A stretch of 64,000 nt of DNA from Raillietiella orientalis (taxonomy: Eukaryota). Of this stretch, positions 11,245 through 24,200 are shown piece by piece. The stretch's first letter is position 1. Each line of letters opens with the position of its first letter. The stretch covers positions 4,588,001 through 4,652,000 of the forward strand of contig JAYWIR010000003.1 in the NCBI GenBank assembly GCA_036172245.1. Reading direction: 5' to 3'. Made by a program: the position numbers and the translations under genes. The notes below the pieces were generated by a model. It searched no databases, was not told where the DNA came from, and worked only from the letters and a program-made list of their open reading frames with translations.

Positions 11245-12942
11245 TTAGAGAGCAACGCTATAATTTCCAGATGTCCCATTAAGCAGGAACTTCTTTCTGT
11301 TCTCTCCATGCTTCCCATCTTTAAGAACTGCAGCATGCGTTGATCCCTTCTTTTCATTGTACCTGACCACTACGGGCAGTTCACAATCGGATGAGCTACT
11401 AACACAGATATCCTTCAGATCTTCTGTCGATAATTGTGGAAATTCATGAGACTGTCTGCTGCTATCATTCAAGAAATCATTACTTTTATCTTGTTTTGTA
11501 ACTGGCTGATCTTTAAATAAATTTGGAACACCTTTCTCAGCAGGATCTTCTCCGATCTTTTGCAAAGATGTCACGTTTTCTATTTTCTCACCTCGAACGG
11601 GGATATCCTCTAACAAGTTTGCATAAGCACAGGTAACCACACCTTCAAACTCACCAGGCAACCGATGAATACGAAATGATGCATTAGTTACCATGCTCTT
11701 GATTGAACTACGTCGTGGAGCATTAGAGGTTTCTTGATTTGCAGTGGCCCAGCCACCTTGTACTTTTAAAAGATTTTTCATAGCTCCACTTGTCAACAAC
11801 ACTGGTGCCATTAACTCTCTCTCTGCTCTATTGTGGATTTCTTGCAGAGCATGTGTAGCAATGGAAGCAAGATTACTAAACCTGAAATCAGCCTGAGCAG
11901 AGGGGGGAAGGAAAGAAAAGGACATTTGGTTGGTTAAGAAGGCAGTGGATTTAGAGCTGAACAGCAAACATGTTGAATGCTAAAGCATCTTCTAGAATTT
12001 TTGCTTACATAGAAAAGGAAATTGCATGCAGAAACTCCAGAAGTAGATCTTGACTGACTTGAATTCGAGGACCACATCCCAACATGCTGTCTTCCTTTTT
12101 AAATTTTGCACTCTGTGACTTTTTGTGCTCACTAACAAGTCTGATGCATATACATGAAGCTAATGTAGCAAAACATTTCATAACCTACAAGCATGCAACA
12201 TGGCACAGTTGCTCCAAAGCCAACTTGGGGTAAACAGAAAGATGGATATTGAAGAGCTTCATCAAGGCAGCCATGCATCTGAGTCGGGTGTGAGCAATGA
12301 AGCATTCCAGATGCCTATTAACTGTACATGGTGTGATCTGCTTTTGTTCAACTGGTTTGCATGGACTTTCCAAAGAAGATGAAGATGCAAAGCCAGTGGG
12401 CTGGGGTATATTTTCACGAAACTGGATACGAAGTCACATCTTTTCACCTCATGGTAGACTGATGCTTGGTTCAATGAAGGCATCCGAAAAGGCAACAGTT
12501 TTGACTGACCCTCACTGTTTCCCATGTCCAAATTGTAAATTCCCAAAAGCAGCACTTCAACAAATTTATATTTCTGTACCAAATATACAATCTTTCTAGA
12601 AATTCACTCTTACTTTCTTCTCTCCAGCAGACACAGCACTCAAATAAATATAGATAAAGAATGGCAAAAATTGTAAAACAAACTGCTGTTGCTGGATCTT
12701 TTGACTCTGATAGTAAGCAAACAAGTGATCGCATATTTTTTCTCCCATCTAAAAAAATAACAAAGTTATGCAGCACAGTTAATTTGCTGATCACATCATA
12801 CTTCCAAGAAAGTTGCCCTATCTTCCATGACTTTGAAGAGAGCTTCTATAAGATTGCCATTTTCGTTAATGAAATGCTCACTATCTTCACCAGTAGGGAA
12901 TGTCTTGCATTCGTCAAACCATTTTTGAATGATACCCTTCAT
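11245..12942 (-). CDS. FAM126: Hyccin/FAM126 (PI4KIIIalpha complex subunit); introns at 12749-12801, 12574-12613, 12401-12447, 12141-12188, 11882-12008, 11610-11654
   Basis: Spliced translation MKGIIQKWFDECKTFP...ICDHLFAYYQS...QFVLQFLPFFIYIYL...VEVLLLGIYNL...FRMPSLNQASVYHEP...RIQVSQDLLLEFLHAISF...IHNRAERELMAPVLL...VTNASFRIHRLPEDIP follows the hyccin family motifs. All introns are GT-AG. Confidence 0.9.
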
Positions 12943-13455
12943 GGAAAATATTTATAGTACTTGGAAGACTTGCGCATTTTAATGCTAAAAATCGTTATTC
13001 GTTGTTCCGGGATCAAATCCGGAATTGCATCTGGTGTGGAATAAATTACAAACTGAAAATAATCATACAAGACACATTTTACACATGTTGTATATACGTA
13101 TACTTCTACATGTATGCACACACGGGCATAAAAAGGTTTTCGATTCAAAGACGGCTTTGAAGACTCAAATCTACGCGTTAAGACCGAGATTTTCGTTGCT
13201 TAGCAAGAATACAAACAGCAATCTTCCAGACAGGCAATGTGACCGTCTACCTGTACAAACTGGACTTCATTACGAGGGCTTCAGGGGCACTTCCTACACC
13301 CCTAAATATTCTGATAACTCTCATAAGTTCTTTTCATTGCAAGTGACCAACAAAACCAAATGTGCGAACTGCGAGCAATTGAACAATTGATTCTTGCAAA
13401 AGTCGAAACGGGGGGGAAACACGAAAAATACAAAGCACAGGAAAACTGAAGGGTA

Positions 13456-13481
13456 AAAAAAAAAAAAGAAATGTTTTACAG

Positions 13482-13512
<31 letters not shown>

Positions 13513-13935
13513 CAAGGAAATGCGTGTTTCGCCGAAAGCACGGTCATCAAATATACATACATACATATATATATATATATATCAACCTACTCAAGCAATA
13601 TGACAAACCTTTTTTCTTCTTAAACTTGACACCTGACAGCTGATGGAAAATGCATTCTTTTCCTCTGAACGCCTTTAAAGCACGCAGACACACACACACA
13701 CACACACACCTCCTCGCACCGATACAAAATTCGTGTGTTTGGCTCAGCTCACTCCGAGCTGCGATTGCGACACCTCGCTTACAGCTGGGACGGAGACGGT
13801 TACTACGTTACGGTACTTTTTTCCCCGTGAGTGTCCCACATCCTCGGGATCCTCTCGTATGCACCAGCATCCCGTTTGCTGAGCTTCGGACGGAAACGAA
13901 TCTACATGCAATGACACTCCCCCCCCCCCCCCCCC
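13456..13935. repeat. Cluster of simple repeats: poly-A, poly-T (~28 nt), (CATA/TA)n, (CA)n, poly-C
   Basis: Seen directly at ~13456, 13484-13512, 13552-13582, 13688-13709 and 13919-13935. Confidence 0.9.
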
Positions 13936-16900
13936 GATGTCAAAAGACCTCCGGTCGCAAGTTCGTACACCCGACGAACATCGTTACGTACGGTGTACAT
14001 TCTCCGGAGGGGAAAACGGGAGATCCCGAAATCAGGAGCCGCAACCGACGTGTCTTCTTACCCCACCCTGCACCCCCCAGCCCGCGAGTATCGTGAATGA
14101 GACGACGGCACACGGAAATTCTGATGGATGGACCAAAGTGCTCCCCCACCCCAGACAAACAAGGCCTGAGTGTGCCAGGTGTGGGGAGCGGGAATCGCTC
14201 CCCCACCTCACTGTGGAGATTGTGCTGCCCTCCGACCCCTATGGTAACGGTTCGGGACGACCCTCGGGCTCCCAATGGGCAGCGCGCCCAGAGACGTTCT
14301 TCGGCTCCTCTTCGTGCGGGACGCCCTGCAGCCCGCCGCAGCCCTCGCAGCCCTCTGCTGCATCCGGGGCACCGTGGCAGCTTGGAGCGACATTCGCGAC
14401 GAAGGAGTGGATGCCAACGAGAGGGATGTCATCCCGTATGCGGTCTGCTTCATGCGGAGAGCCACAGGATGGCCCCAGCTGGGTGATATGCGGATGGACC
14501 TCGAGGGTATCCTGCGAAGGATGGGCCCTCCTCCCAGTGGACAGTGATCCCTTCCCCTCCCTCCAAACTCTTTTTGTTTTTCTTCTTTATTTTTATTTTT
14601 GTTTTCTCCCCCATCACACTCCACTGCCGAGGAGCGTCACGCCGGGCTGCGTCCCGGAGTCCCGGCTGGTCCGGTGTTGTGTGGCCGTTAGTGGGGCCTT
14701 ATACCACGTTTGTAGAGTTTTGTAATAAACGCCCCGGGCGTACCCGGGTGGCAACCCCAGAGAAACAGAACGTGGGGGAAGAAAAAAAAAAAAAAGAAGA
14801 AGGCTTCTACTACCAAAAGTGTCCCTGTTTTCCCGACTGCCCCTGCGACCCTCAACTTCCATCTGGGAACACCAGGACACACGAAGCGAGCTCCACAGCC
14901 CACGACGGCACAGGGATGTTCTCTCGGGATTCTTGCAAGCTTGAACTGACCCCGATGAGCCCCCCGGTCACTGCTGCGGGGGTGAAGAAACCTGCTCCCG
15001 TACGATCACAAGGTGATTCCCGAAGTTGCACACGGCCATCTTTAGGTTCGGCTGATCTCCGGGATAGCTTCGATATGATGACTAATGTTCTGGATGGTAA
15101 GTGGTAGAGGCACCCAAACTGTTCCAAACTGTGGATAGTCGCCACAGCCTCCAGGGTGAAAACATCCCCCCAGCCTTACCGTCGGAACTCGTCGACGCAA
15201 CTACCATGGTAACAACGGCTCACTTCTCGTAATCCTCTTGTTGCCTTTGGACATCAGCTAAAAAGAAAGAAAGCCGGGATCTCCATGATGCTACTACGGA
15301 TTTCGCTTTCTTCTCTGACAAACATCGGTGTGCGAGGGGAAACGGAATTACCTCACTTTTATGGGGTTCTCTCCGAAATTCATCACTTGGAAGACAGCGT
15401 GTTTCTGTTTTCCATTCATCCCTGCCACGGGCATAAATCCGCCAGCATACGTCAAACGGAACGTTTCTGCTACAATCTTCGATAAATTTACAGCCAATTC
15501 AATGAATACATGTTTCCACTTTATCGCTTTCTAATTAGTTAACAAATCTATCTAAACGAAGGCTTATACTTCAGGGAACCTTGAAGTATTTCCATTTGAA
15601 ACCTCCATTAGAAATCATACTTCTCTCCTCGTTTTTTTCCTTCCGTGCACCTACATAGTAAGAGCTCTCCACAAGCATAAGCAGGAAGCAAATGAAAACA
15701 CAATTCTTCAAATGAACCACTCTTCGACTTCACTCACGACTTTTAGAGGAGCAGTTTGGTTGCCTCCCGCGGAAATGTCCCTCTCCCCTCTTACAGCACA
15801 CGCAACGGGGAAAAATAAACGTCTCTGGTTTTCAGCTCAGTAACAATATTGAAGAATGGAAAAATCATCGCCAAGAGAACAAAGAGAATGTGAGGCAATC
15901 AAACAAAGCTAGCAGAAAAGTTTCAATTATTTTTATTCACTGGACGTTGCAAATGGACCAGGATCACTCTCAAGCACTTAGACCATTGCAGACACTTTTT
16001 GAGTAGGAGTGTTGAGGATTCTTTTTGCTCTCGGAATTTTCGTTTGGATAATTTCAATTTACCTGTTTAAAATAGATACAGCAATTCAAACTCAATAGAA
16101 TCAGTAGCTCAAAGCACTTCCAATCTATCCATTTAAAATAGATAAATGGACAAATGCCCAGACAAAAATTCCGTTTTCAGTTTGCTCCTTGTTGCTCATT
16201 AGCTTAAACGTATTAGCAAGCTCGTTTTTCTCAAATTCAGGGAATTTAGATTTGGAGACTAGGTTAACTCTGACCGAGATTGCTGCAATTTTCATCATTG
16301 CAAAGGATGTTATGCAAGTAAAAAATATAATAAAAATAATAAATGGGTCTCGTGACAAAGATTGATGAATTTCCTGAAAGAAATGCATCTGTTTCGTTGC
16401 TAGTTTCTTAAAATGCTGTTCATGTGTATTTTCCAAACCAGATCTCCACGGTGAATTTCTCTCTGAATTATCAATTCATCTGCGTTGTGCCACACTCTGA
16501 AAGACTTCCGTTAACATTAGGTTCACTGAGCTAGCTAGAAATACAAGAATAAGGATGAAATCTATAAGGATGAACAATTTTGTCAAATAAAAGATCAGTA
16601 TTTTGGTCGATTCGGAAAACCTTGTTTTCCTCTGTTTTGATTTTTGTTTTCCAATTGAAATCACTGAAATGAATGTGAGGTTTGTCATTCATATTAAATT
16701 AGAGTGAATTGATAATTACGATGAGTGGATAATTACTTCGAAGACACTGTTGTAGCAGTCGGCAATTTTGTTTATTTTGAAACCACCACATTTAGGAGGT
16801 ACACAAATTCACAAAAAGACAGAAATGAAAGTTTGTTAAACTTTGTGGCATGTTAAATATTGAATGAAATGTGCCTATACGTGTTTAACCAGATTAGCTC

Positions 16901-18113
16901 GTGAAAAAGATTCGGTCCGAGGAAGCTGTGAATTGAAGACAATATTTTTCTATCGTATACTGCCGATTTTTAGTTGATAAATATATTTCCCGCTTAGTTT
17001 TGGTGGAAATGAGGCAATGATATCCACCAATAGTATAAAGTCTTTTTAGTGCTATAAAGTTTTGTTGTTTTCAAATCATAATTTTCTTAGATCAACTATT
17101 TTTAATCTTTAAATAGAGAACGACCTTTGCATTCAAACTCCAAAGTTACTTCCTGCTTATTGGAAATTATTTTGAAACTGTGATTTGATAACTTTGCTAT
17201 GTTCATCTTTTCTTAAGCTTTGTCTTAGTATCCTAGATCCTGACAAGCTAAAGTATCAAACGCACATAATCAGAACTATGTATTGTAATAGGAATAATTG
17301 TAATCCAAATAATCGAAGTGAAAAGGCAATGAGTAATATAAGTGAATGTCAGAATAGGACGGTTTTGATGCAAGTACTACGAAACAAGAACTAGGATGAG
17401 TCGTAGTAAGATATTGGTCACGCGTTTATCGTATGTTACATTTCATTCCTATATTTGGACAGTTTGGATTCGTGTATTCCACTTAATTATATAATGTTCA
17501 ATAATGAACGATTCACCTAATAAGCAAACAAAACGGCAAATGGAAATCATTTCCCTTATTGGTGAATTATGCACAGCAGGGCAAGCGAAACTTTTTTTTA
17601 ATTGCATTAATCCTGTGAAGGTTTTGGTACTTTTTACAAGAAAGCATTCCTAGTGATTACGAAGAGAAATTGACCGATGCACGGTGGTATTTTCCATGAA
17701 AAGATCATGGCCACATGGGTGCGCGAATATTAATTACTAAAACTGTTTTCATATATGTGCTTTGTACATGCCGTGTTCGTGTGGCAAGCATTAAACAGCA
17801 AACGATAACCAAGAGTAGTGCGTGCCTTCCAAGGGGAATATAAATTGAATGAAATTTTGATTGTTGATGTGTTCCTGGGTGAACACATTTAGAGGTAACT
17901 TTAAATTGGAATACAGTAATCGAAGATTCGTGTGTCCATTTAAAATATGTCAAGTGTTAAAATGGGTAAATTATTTTACTGTGTAATCAAAACCATCTAA
18001 TCAGTTAGAAACTAACCATCGATCAAATAAATTTGTTTCACAGGAGGGATATGAAATTTAGTGTCAGTTTTGTGCAACTCACCCTTTCACACAAAATTAG
18101 GTAGATAGCGATT

Positions 18114-19509
18114 ATGTCTGTAGAAGAATTGAAGGAACAAGGATTGGAGAAGAATCCAAATTTGGAAATAGCCCAATGGAAGTTTCTGTTAACATTACCT
18201 GAAAATAAAAATAACAGCATTCTGCAGGAGCAATTGTTGGAAGCTATTAAAGCAGACAGTGAGCTATTTGTATTTTACAATCATTGTGTTTTTAAGGGAA
18301 TCTTGTTTTAAGATATGGCCCCGTATTATAAAGAAGTATGTGATGAACTTGGTTTTGCCATAAATGAAGAATTGTTGAAAAAAATGCAGCATGAAAATGA
18401 GACTATGCTGAAGCAGCTAGATTTGGCTATTGAGGATGCAGAAAAGCACCTAGGTGATCTGGAAATTAAAGAATCTCTTCTTAAGAAGTCTGAATATTTA
18501 TCCAAAATTGGTGATAAGGTATGATTTAATTTTACCCAAGTACTGCAATAATTTATACAGGAAAAAGCTTTACAAATGTTTCGTCTGACCTATGAAAAAA
18601 CTGTATCTCTTGGACATCGTTTAGATCTTGTGTTCCATATGATCAGGATTGGCCTGTTTTACATGGATCACAATCTCATTACAAGGAATATTGAAAAGGC
18701 ACAGAGGTCAGTATGGGAAGGGAGTGAAGTTTATTACTCAATTATATGATAGTCTTATAGAAGAAGGTGGTGATTGGGATCGTAGGAATAGACTGAAAGT
18801 ATACCAAGGCTTATATCAAATGGCCATTCGAAATTTCAAAAGTACGGCTCATTTATTCCTAGACACCATTTCTACCTTTACGTCATATGAGCTGATGAAT
18901 TATGAAACATTTGTTGTATATACAGTTTTGGTTTGCATGATTTCTCTGCCACGTAATGAGCTCAGAGAGAAAGTGATTCGAGGAGCAGAAATCTTAGAAG
19001 TCTTGCATGGCAATCCCGGTATCAGAGAATATTTGTTCTCTCTATTCAATTGCCATTACGCAGATTTCTTTCGCAAATTAGGTATAAAGCAAACAGTTTT
19101 ACAAAAAATACATTTTGTTCATAGTGGATATTGAGCAGATGCTGAAATGTGACCGATTGCTTAACCCACATTACCGATACTACATCAGAGAGATGCGTAT
19201 CCTGGCCTATACTCAGCTTCTGGAATCCTATCAAAGTCTGACATTACAGTACATGGCCGAAAGTTTTGGAGTCACTGTGAATTATATTGACAGGTATTCT
19301 GTATGATGCTGCTTTCCAAACTAATTCTCAGCAGAGAGCTCTCTCGATTCATTACTCAAGGACGCCTGCATTGCAAGATTGATAAAGTTGGTGGCATTGT
19401 AGAAACAAATCGTCCTGATTCAAAGAACTGGCAGTACCAGTCTGCTATACGTCAAGGAGATATACTTTTGAATCGCATTCAGAAACTATCCAGAGTTATA
19501 AATATATGA
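18114..19509 (+). CDS. PSMD6: 26S proteasome non-ATPase regulatory subunit 6 (Rpn7); introns 18259-18312, 18519-18560, 18707-18752, 19082-19124, 19294-19334
   Basis: [90 protein letters not shown]...[14 protein letters not shown]. Five GT-AG introns of 41-54 nt. Confidence 0.97.
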
Positions 19510-19899
19510 ATCTCACTTCTTGTTTATTTTGTCATCTATTTTCCTAGCAAATGGAAGAAACAACAAATGAACCATTTCTATGCAATGTAAAACACCTAGC
19601 ATGCCTCAATTTGCTTCATTAGTACATTTTTGTACATTGTTGGCATGAGCAATTACTTTTAAAGCACATGTAGATATAGTCTCCATGGTAAGTGGCAACT
19701 AAAGGCTAAATAAATTTTTACAATTCATTCTCATACATGAAACTGTTGTGGCTTTCAAAACCCAGCAACACTTAGTTCCAATTCCTTACTTTCATGTGTA
19801 AGGTATAATTTCAAATAATAACACTTAACATCAATCAATCAAAATTTCCATTTGCATGCATGCTTTAAGGTCATTGATTATTCTTGTAATTCTCAGTCA

Positions 19900-21250
19900 G
19901 TGTATTCGTCAGATATCCTCAATCTTGCATTAATACCAGTCAAATAATTAAGGAGAATTCTCTGGATGATTCAGAAAAAAAACCATCACAGTTTGATGCT
20001 TAGATGGCAAGTGCAATACCAATTTTGTTGCTAATGCTGATATCTGGACTGAAACTTCCTTAAGCTAGTTTACCTTTGCTTGTGATTTCTTTCATTATTT
20101 CTGGCAATGACACTGCAGTTTAAATACTTAACTTCCCAAGTATTCTTATAGTTCAAAAGTTTCGTTGTTAGACATTATTTTTATTGATAGCAAATAAATC
20201 AAAACTTTACTAATGACTTACTTGTTTCTGAAAATCCCAAGTGTTTAAAATTAGATGGACAAAATTCATGCAACTCCCTTTGAAGTTTCTTTATGAAATT
20301 ATTGCTCTCTCAAGTAATTTATGGTATTGGTGACACAATTCTAAAGTGGCTTTTGGTGAACTGAATCCAATCAAAGTTTTAATTCTTTCAGATGTACTCA
20401 TTTTGTTTATACGGTCACCATGCTCCTGCGATTTTCCAAGAAAGGCACGCTAACCAGCGTATTGTTTGAAAAGCTTTTGAGAACTTATAAGACTAGAATA
20501 CTGGATCCAGTTGCAACGCTCTTTTCACCAAGTCAAGGGAACACATTCCACAGTAGGTCACCAAACACTTTTTAAAAGAACTGCAAAAATGATGCATAAG
20601 TCATGGGAATAAATGGCCTGGTATCTCAAGAAGCTCATTTCATAATCTTTTCCTTTTGATCTTAAGGATGCTTGTGAAAGAAGCTTTCCAGTTTGGGAGA
20701 ACATTTTTTGTAATCTGATACCATCACCATGCTAGTCCTGTAGCATTTATGGTCCAAAATAAACACTATTCCCCCTTGCAACCCATCAACCCCCCTCCTC
20801 CTTACACACTCCATTACCAATAACCCTCCTCAACAAATCCTCCATAATCCTGCATTCAAGATTCACAAAACAATTAATGCTTACACAAGGCAGGCCAAGA
20901 ATTACCTGTAATTCCACACATCACTATTTCTGATTCATGCATTCAATCGTAAGAACCATTACCTCTATAAACCCAAGGCGCACATCCAAAATACTGACAA
21001 AGTACTTCATAATTATAGCTTACAACCAAACCACCTTCCATAACCATGGATCCATGCACCATTAATCCCATCATATACATTCTATGACTACCCCTCAGAA
21101 ATGCTACAATAACAAAAGCACCGCGTGCATTCTCCTACCAACTAGTACCACATGTATAACACCAACTAGAAAAGTCAGAAGTTGAGATATTCTGCCGCTC
21201 ACCCCAGCACTCTTGCTCTCTCATCGACCACGCAGCCATTATAACCATTT
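19900..21250 (-). mobile_element. Possible very old LINE (APE/RT) remnant
   Basis: Minus-strand fragments PNWKASFTSILKIK..(GKDY)..YQAI resemble the P..WK.A....I.K.GKD...YRPI start of LINE RT. Strong C/A strand skew at 20760-21240. No intact catalytic motif seen. Confidence 0.28.
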
Positions 21251-24200
21251 CCATCTGCTTCGTCCAACAAATGATCCATTCGAGGAAGGAATTTTAGGGA
21301 TGGCAAGGAGGTTATTGAAGAGGTAAGAACCACAAGAAGGTCGGTAGAGAGCTATTCAGGAAAACGGCTTCTCGTTTGTGTCCAGATGAAAGAAACCCGT
21401 CGTCTCCGGAAGAGCAGCAGGCCCGGGAAACCGGCTGTCTCCACACTTTTTGCACCCTCCCGGGTCTTGACTGATCAGTAGCTGTCCCCAGGTGAAGTCT
21501 CCGAGCTGGCGGCGGATATTTCGATCACCCTCCATGAAGTGAGCAATTACGGGGGGGCTCGACTCGATGAGGCATCGCTCCCGCAGCGTGGTGGGAGCAT
21601 CGTTCCCCTTCCGGACCTGTAGGAGACGTTGGTGACCAGGATCCCTGCTGACCAGCAAAGGGGTTATTTGAACCAGCTGACCCATTGGACTCTCGTGATC
21701 GAAATCGACCCGCAGCATCGCCGCGTACACGCACCTCTGCATTAAGAAAGCCAGGCGCCACCCGCGCTCCCAGGTGGAACCGCGTCGCCAGGGCATCACC
21801 GCACCACTCGAGCTCTCAGGCTCAGGTGAAAATCGAAGGTGAAAATGGAAAACAAAAAGGAGGAGGAGAGAATCGGAGGCCTCCTGAGTCGTGAGGCCAC
21901 GCTTCTGATGCTTCCCACTGGAGCACGCAACAGTGCCCTGCATAGGTAGCTCGGATGAGAGAAGCAGGATGCTCTCGTTTGCATGCACCTGCGTGGAACA
22001 GGCCGTGGCACCATATACCTTCACGAGCTGGAAGACTGATGCTCAGAGCGATGGGAAGGAACTCACTCTTCAAAGGAGGAGGAGGGAAGGAAGAGAGCGG
22101 TGGGTCCCTGCTCCCTAAGGAAACTCCTAAATCCGTGGGAGAGGAAGGAGGAGGGAGGTAAAAGGAAGGGAAATGATAGGAGAGCAAGACAGGGCTTGCA
22201 TAGATCCGCCGCCTACTAGCGGGTGTCATTGCCTTCCAGCCGTTCGGAGGATACCGAGCATCCCTGACCACAAACCGTCCAGGACGTGTGGGTGGCCCTT
22301 CCAGTTCTTTGATCTCCAAGTGGCAGTCCGTTGGCCGGCAAGGAAGCAGGAGCGGAGCAACAAGCGAGAGTGTCTCCACGGAATGGAGGAACAAGAGAGA
22401 TGAAGGGAGTGGCCGCGTGGAGGCAAATTTGAGAGGGGAAATGGTGCTACATTCCTATGGGATACGCGGGAGACGAATTGAAGCGACCTTCTTCCTTTGA
22501 GAGGCTCCTGAGACCCCCACCTGCGAAAGCTCATTTTACGGAATCGTTCCCAGCAGAAAAAGGAAGTTGCTTGCTGGAAACTGAGCGGCAAACTCAGCAG
22601 TCAGTGGCCCATGGGAAGGCTGACAATTTTCACGCGCACTCCACGAGACGATTCTGCGACTCGCTATCTTCAGCCTTCTCTAGAAGGAAAGCGTCCGTCA
22701 GGAGAGGGAAAGAGGGTCCAGACTTGGGAACCATTTCTGAACAAGGCCGCAGCGAAAGAGGGGGAGGACAGTTTGCAAAATGTACAAACCCCTATGATTC
22801 CACAGGAATCCCTTGGAAACCCCTCTGGAGATGCGAAGAAATGAGGAGGAAGGAGGGAGGAGGGAAAGAGAAGTGGCGGACGCCGTCCTTTTAGTGGATT
22901 CCGAACCTCGAAAAGCTTCCTCTCAATTCGATGACGAAAGAGATGCCCAAGACAGCTCGCGGTGTCCGGCAGGAAAATGTCCGTGATCTTTCCAGTCGGG
23001 AATCGCGTGCGTGAGGACGCGAATTTCCCCATCCCCTTATGAAGTTTCCACTTTGGGCTCTGCTACACCTCATACACCGCATCCCCTTTCGTCCTTTGAG
23101 AGTAGAACAGGAAGAGTCAACCCACCTGGGACCATGTCGAATATCGTACCTTTGGGAGCGAGAGAATCCTCAGTACCTCGCATGTTTCGTCCACGTCTGG
23201 TCCCTTGTGGGTACTTGGGTCTATGAGGTTTCCTCGAGCTCCCATTATCTCCACTGAATGGCTCTGGAGGCGTGGTTCATCTCAAGCTACAAAGGAGAAG
23301 GAAGCGGGAGAGGGAGGAAGTCGTTACAGAAGACCCTTCGCGCTCACAAGCATCTATACACAGGCGCTTTGTCTGAGTCTGCAAGTTAAGCGTGTCCCTT
23401 AACCCCTCTCCTCTGTTTCCCCTATTCCTCTCTCCGACCCACTTTTCGGATGACATCCTTTCGGAGGTAAACTTTGGTTTCACGGAGCGGAGTCAACTCC
23501 GTCACACTAAAAGCTCGAAACTTCCGTTGCTGCCAGCTCCACTTCCGTTCGCCCACGTCTCCCTGGGAGTTCGCACCTCCTTCATGGAGCCTGTTGACTG
23601 TAAAGATTTTCATATCTGCCTTTTTCATGTAGGGAAAGCGGAGTTTTTGACAGTTGGTATCCTGAAGGCAAGCCATGCTCAAGTAAAGTAGTCACTGGCC
23701 ATCGCTGACCCGAGATGGCACTGTTGCAAGGACACCTTCGCACTTCGTGTGTTGTCCTGACGTTCCAACTGGTCCTCTATGGTTACTCTTCAGCATTCTG
23801 TCGTCATTTCCGATTTCAATCAATCCCATGTGAATCAAGGCGTGCCAGCAACCTTTTGAAAAATCTCTCTCCTCTCTTAGCAGCAATGGAAAACATCGAT
23901 CCCTTTTCACATGAGCCTAGGACTCTGATTTGCAAGGAATACTGAAAAGCTTGTCCATCCATTCTTCCAGCATCCTAGTTACAACGGATTCTTGGACTTG
24001 CAGTGGCTGTTCTCAAGTGAAAAGTAAGGCGAACTTTAGGGCTGCACATGGGACGAGTGATCCTCACAGAAGCATCCGATACGGATTTCTGTTCACCTCT
24101 CCACTCACCACAGAGATTCACTGTCGTACTTATGTGGGAGGATAGAAACAAAGAGAGGGAGGTTCATTCCCTCGTTTTTAAAGACATTCTGAGTTTGTGG

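Noticed and set aside
11079..11357. 92-aa minus ORF between hyccin and CHMP4
   Set aside because: Out-of-frame overlap with the hyccin 3' end and spacer; no recognisable product.
13937..15145. ORFs in the GC-rich island, including a protein-like 90-aa ORF at 14275-14547
   Set aside because: No homology or splice structure I can support.
18523..18541. tttaattttacccaagt resembling the nematode SL1 leader
   Set aside because: Imperfect, inside a 42-nt cis intron, with no adjacent donor or Sm site; likely chance.
21640..21745. THWTLVIEIDPQHRRV resembling a Ulp1 protease HW motif or BTG Box B
   Set aside because: Single short motif with no supporting catalytic residues.
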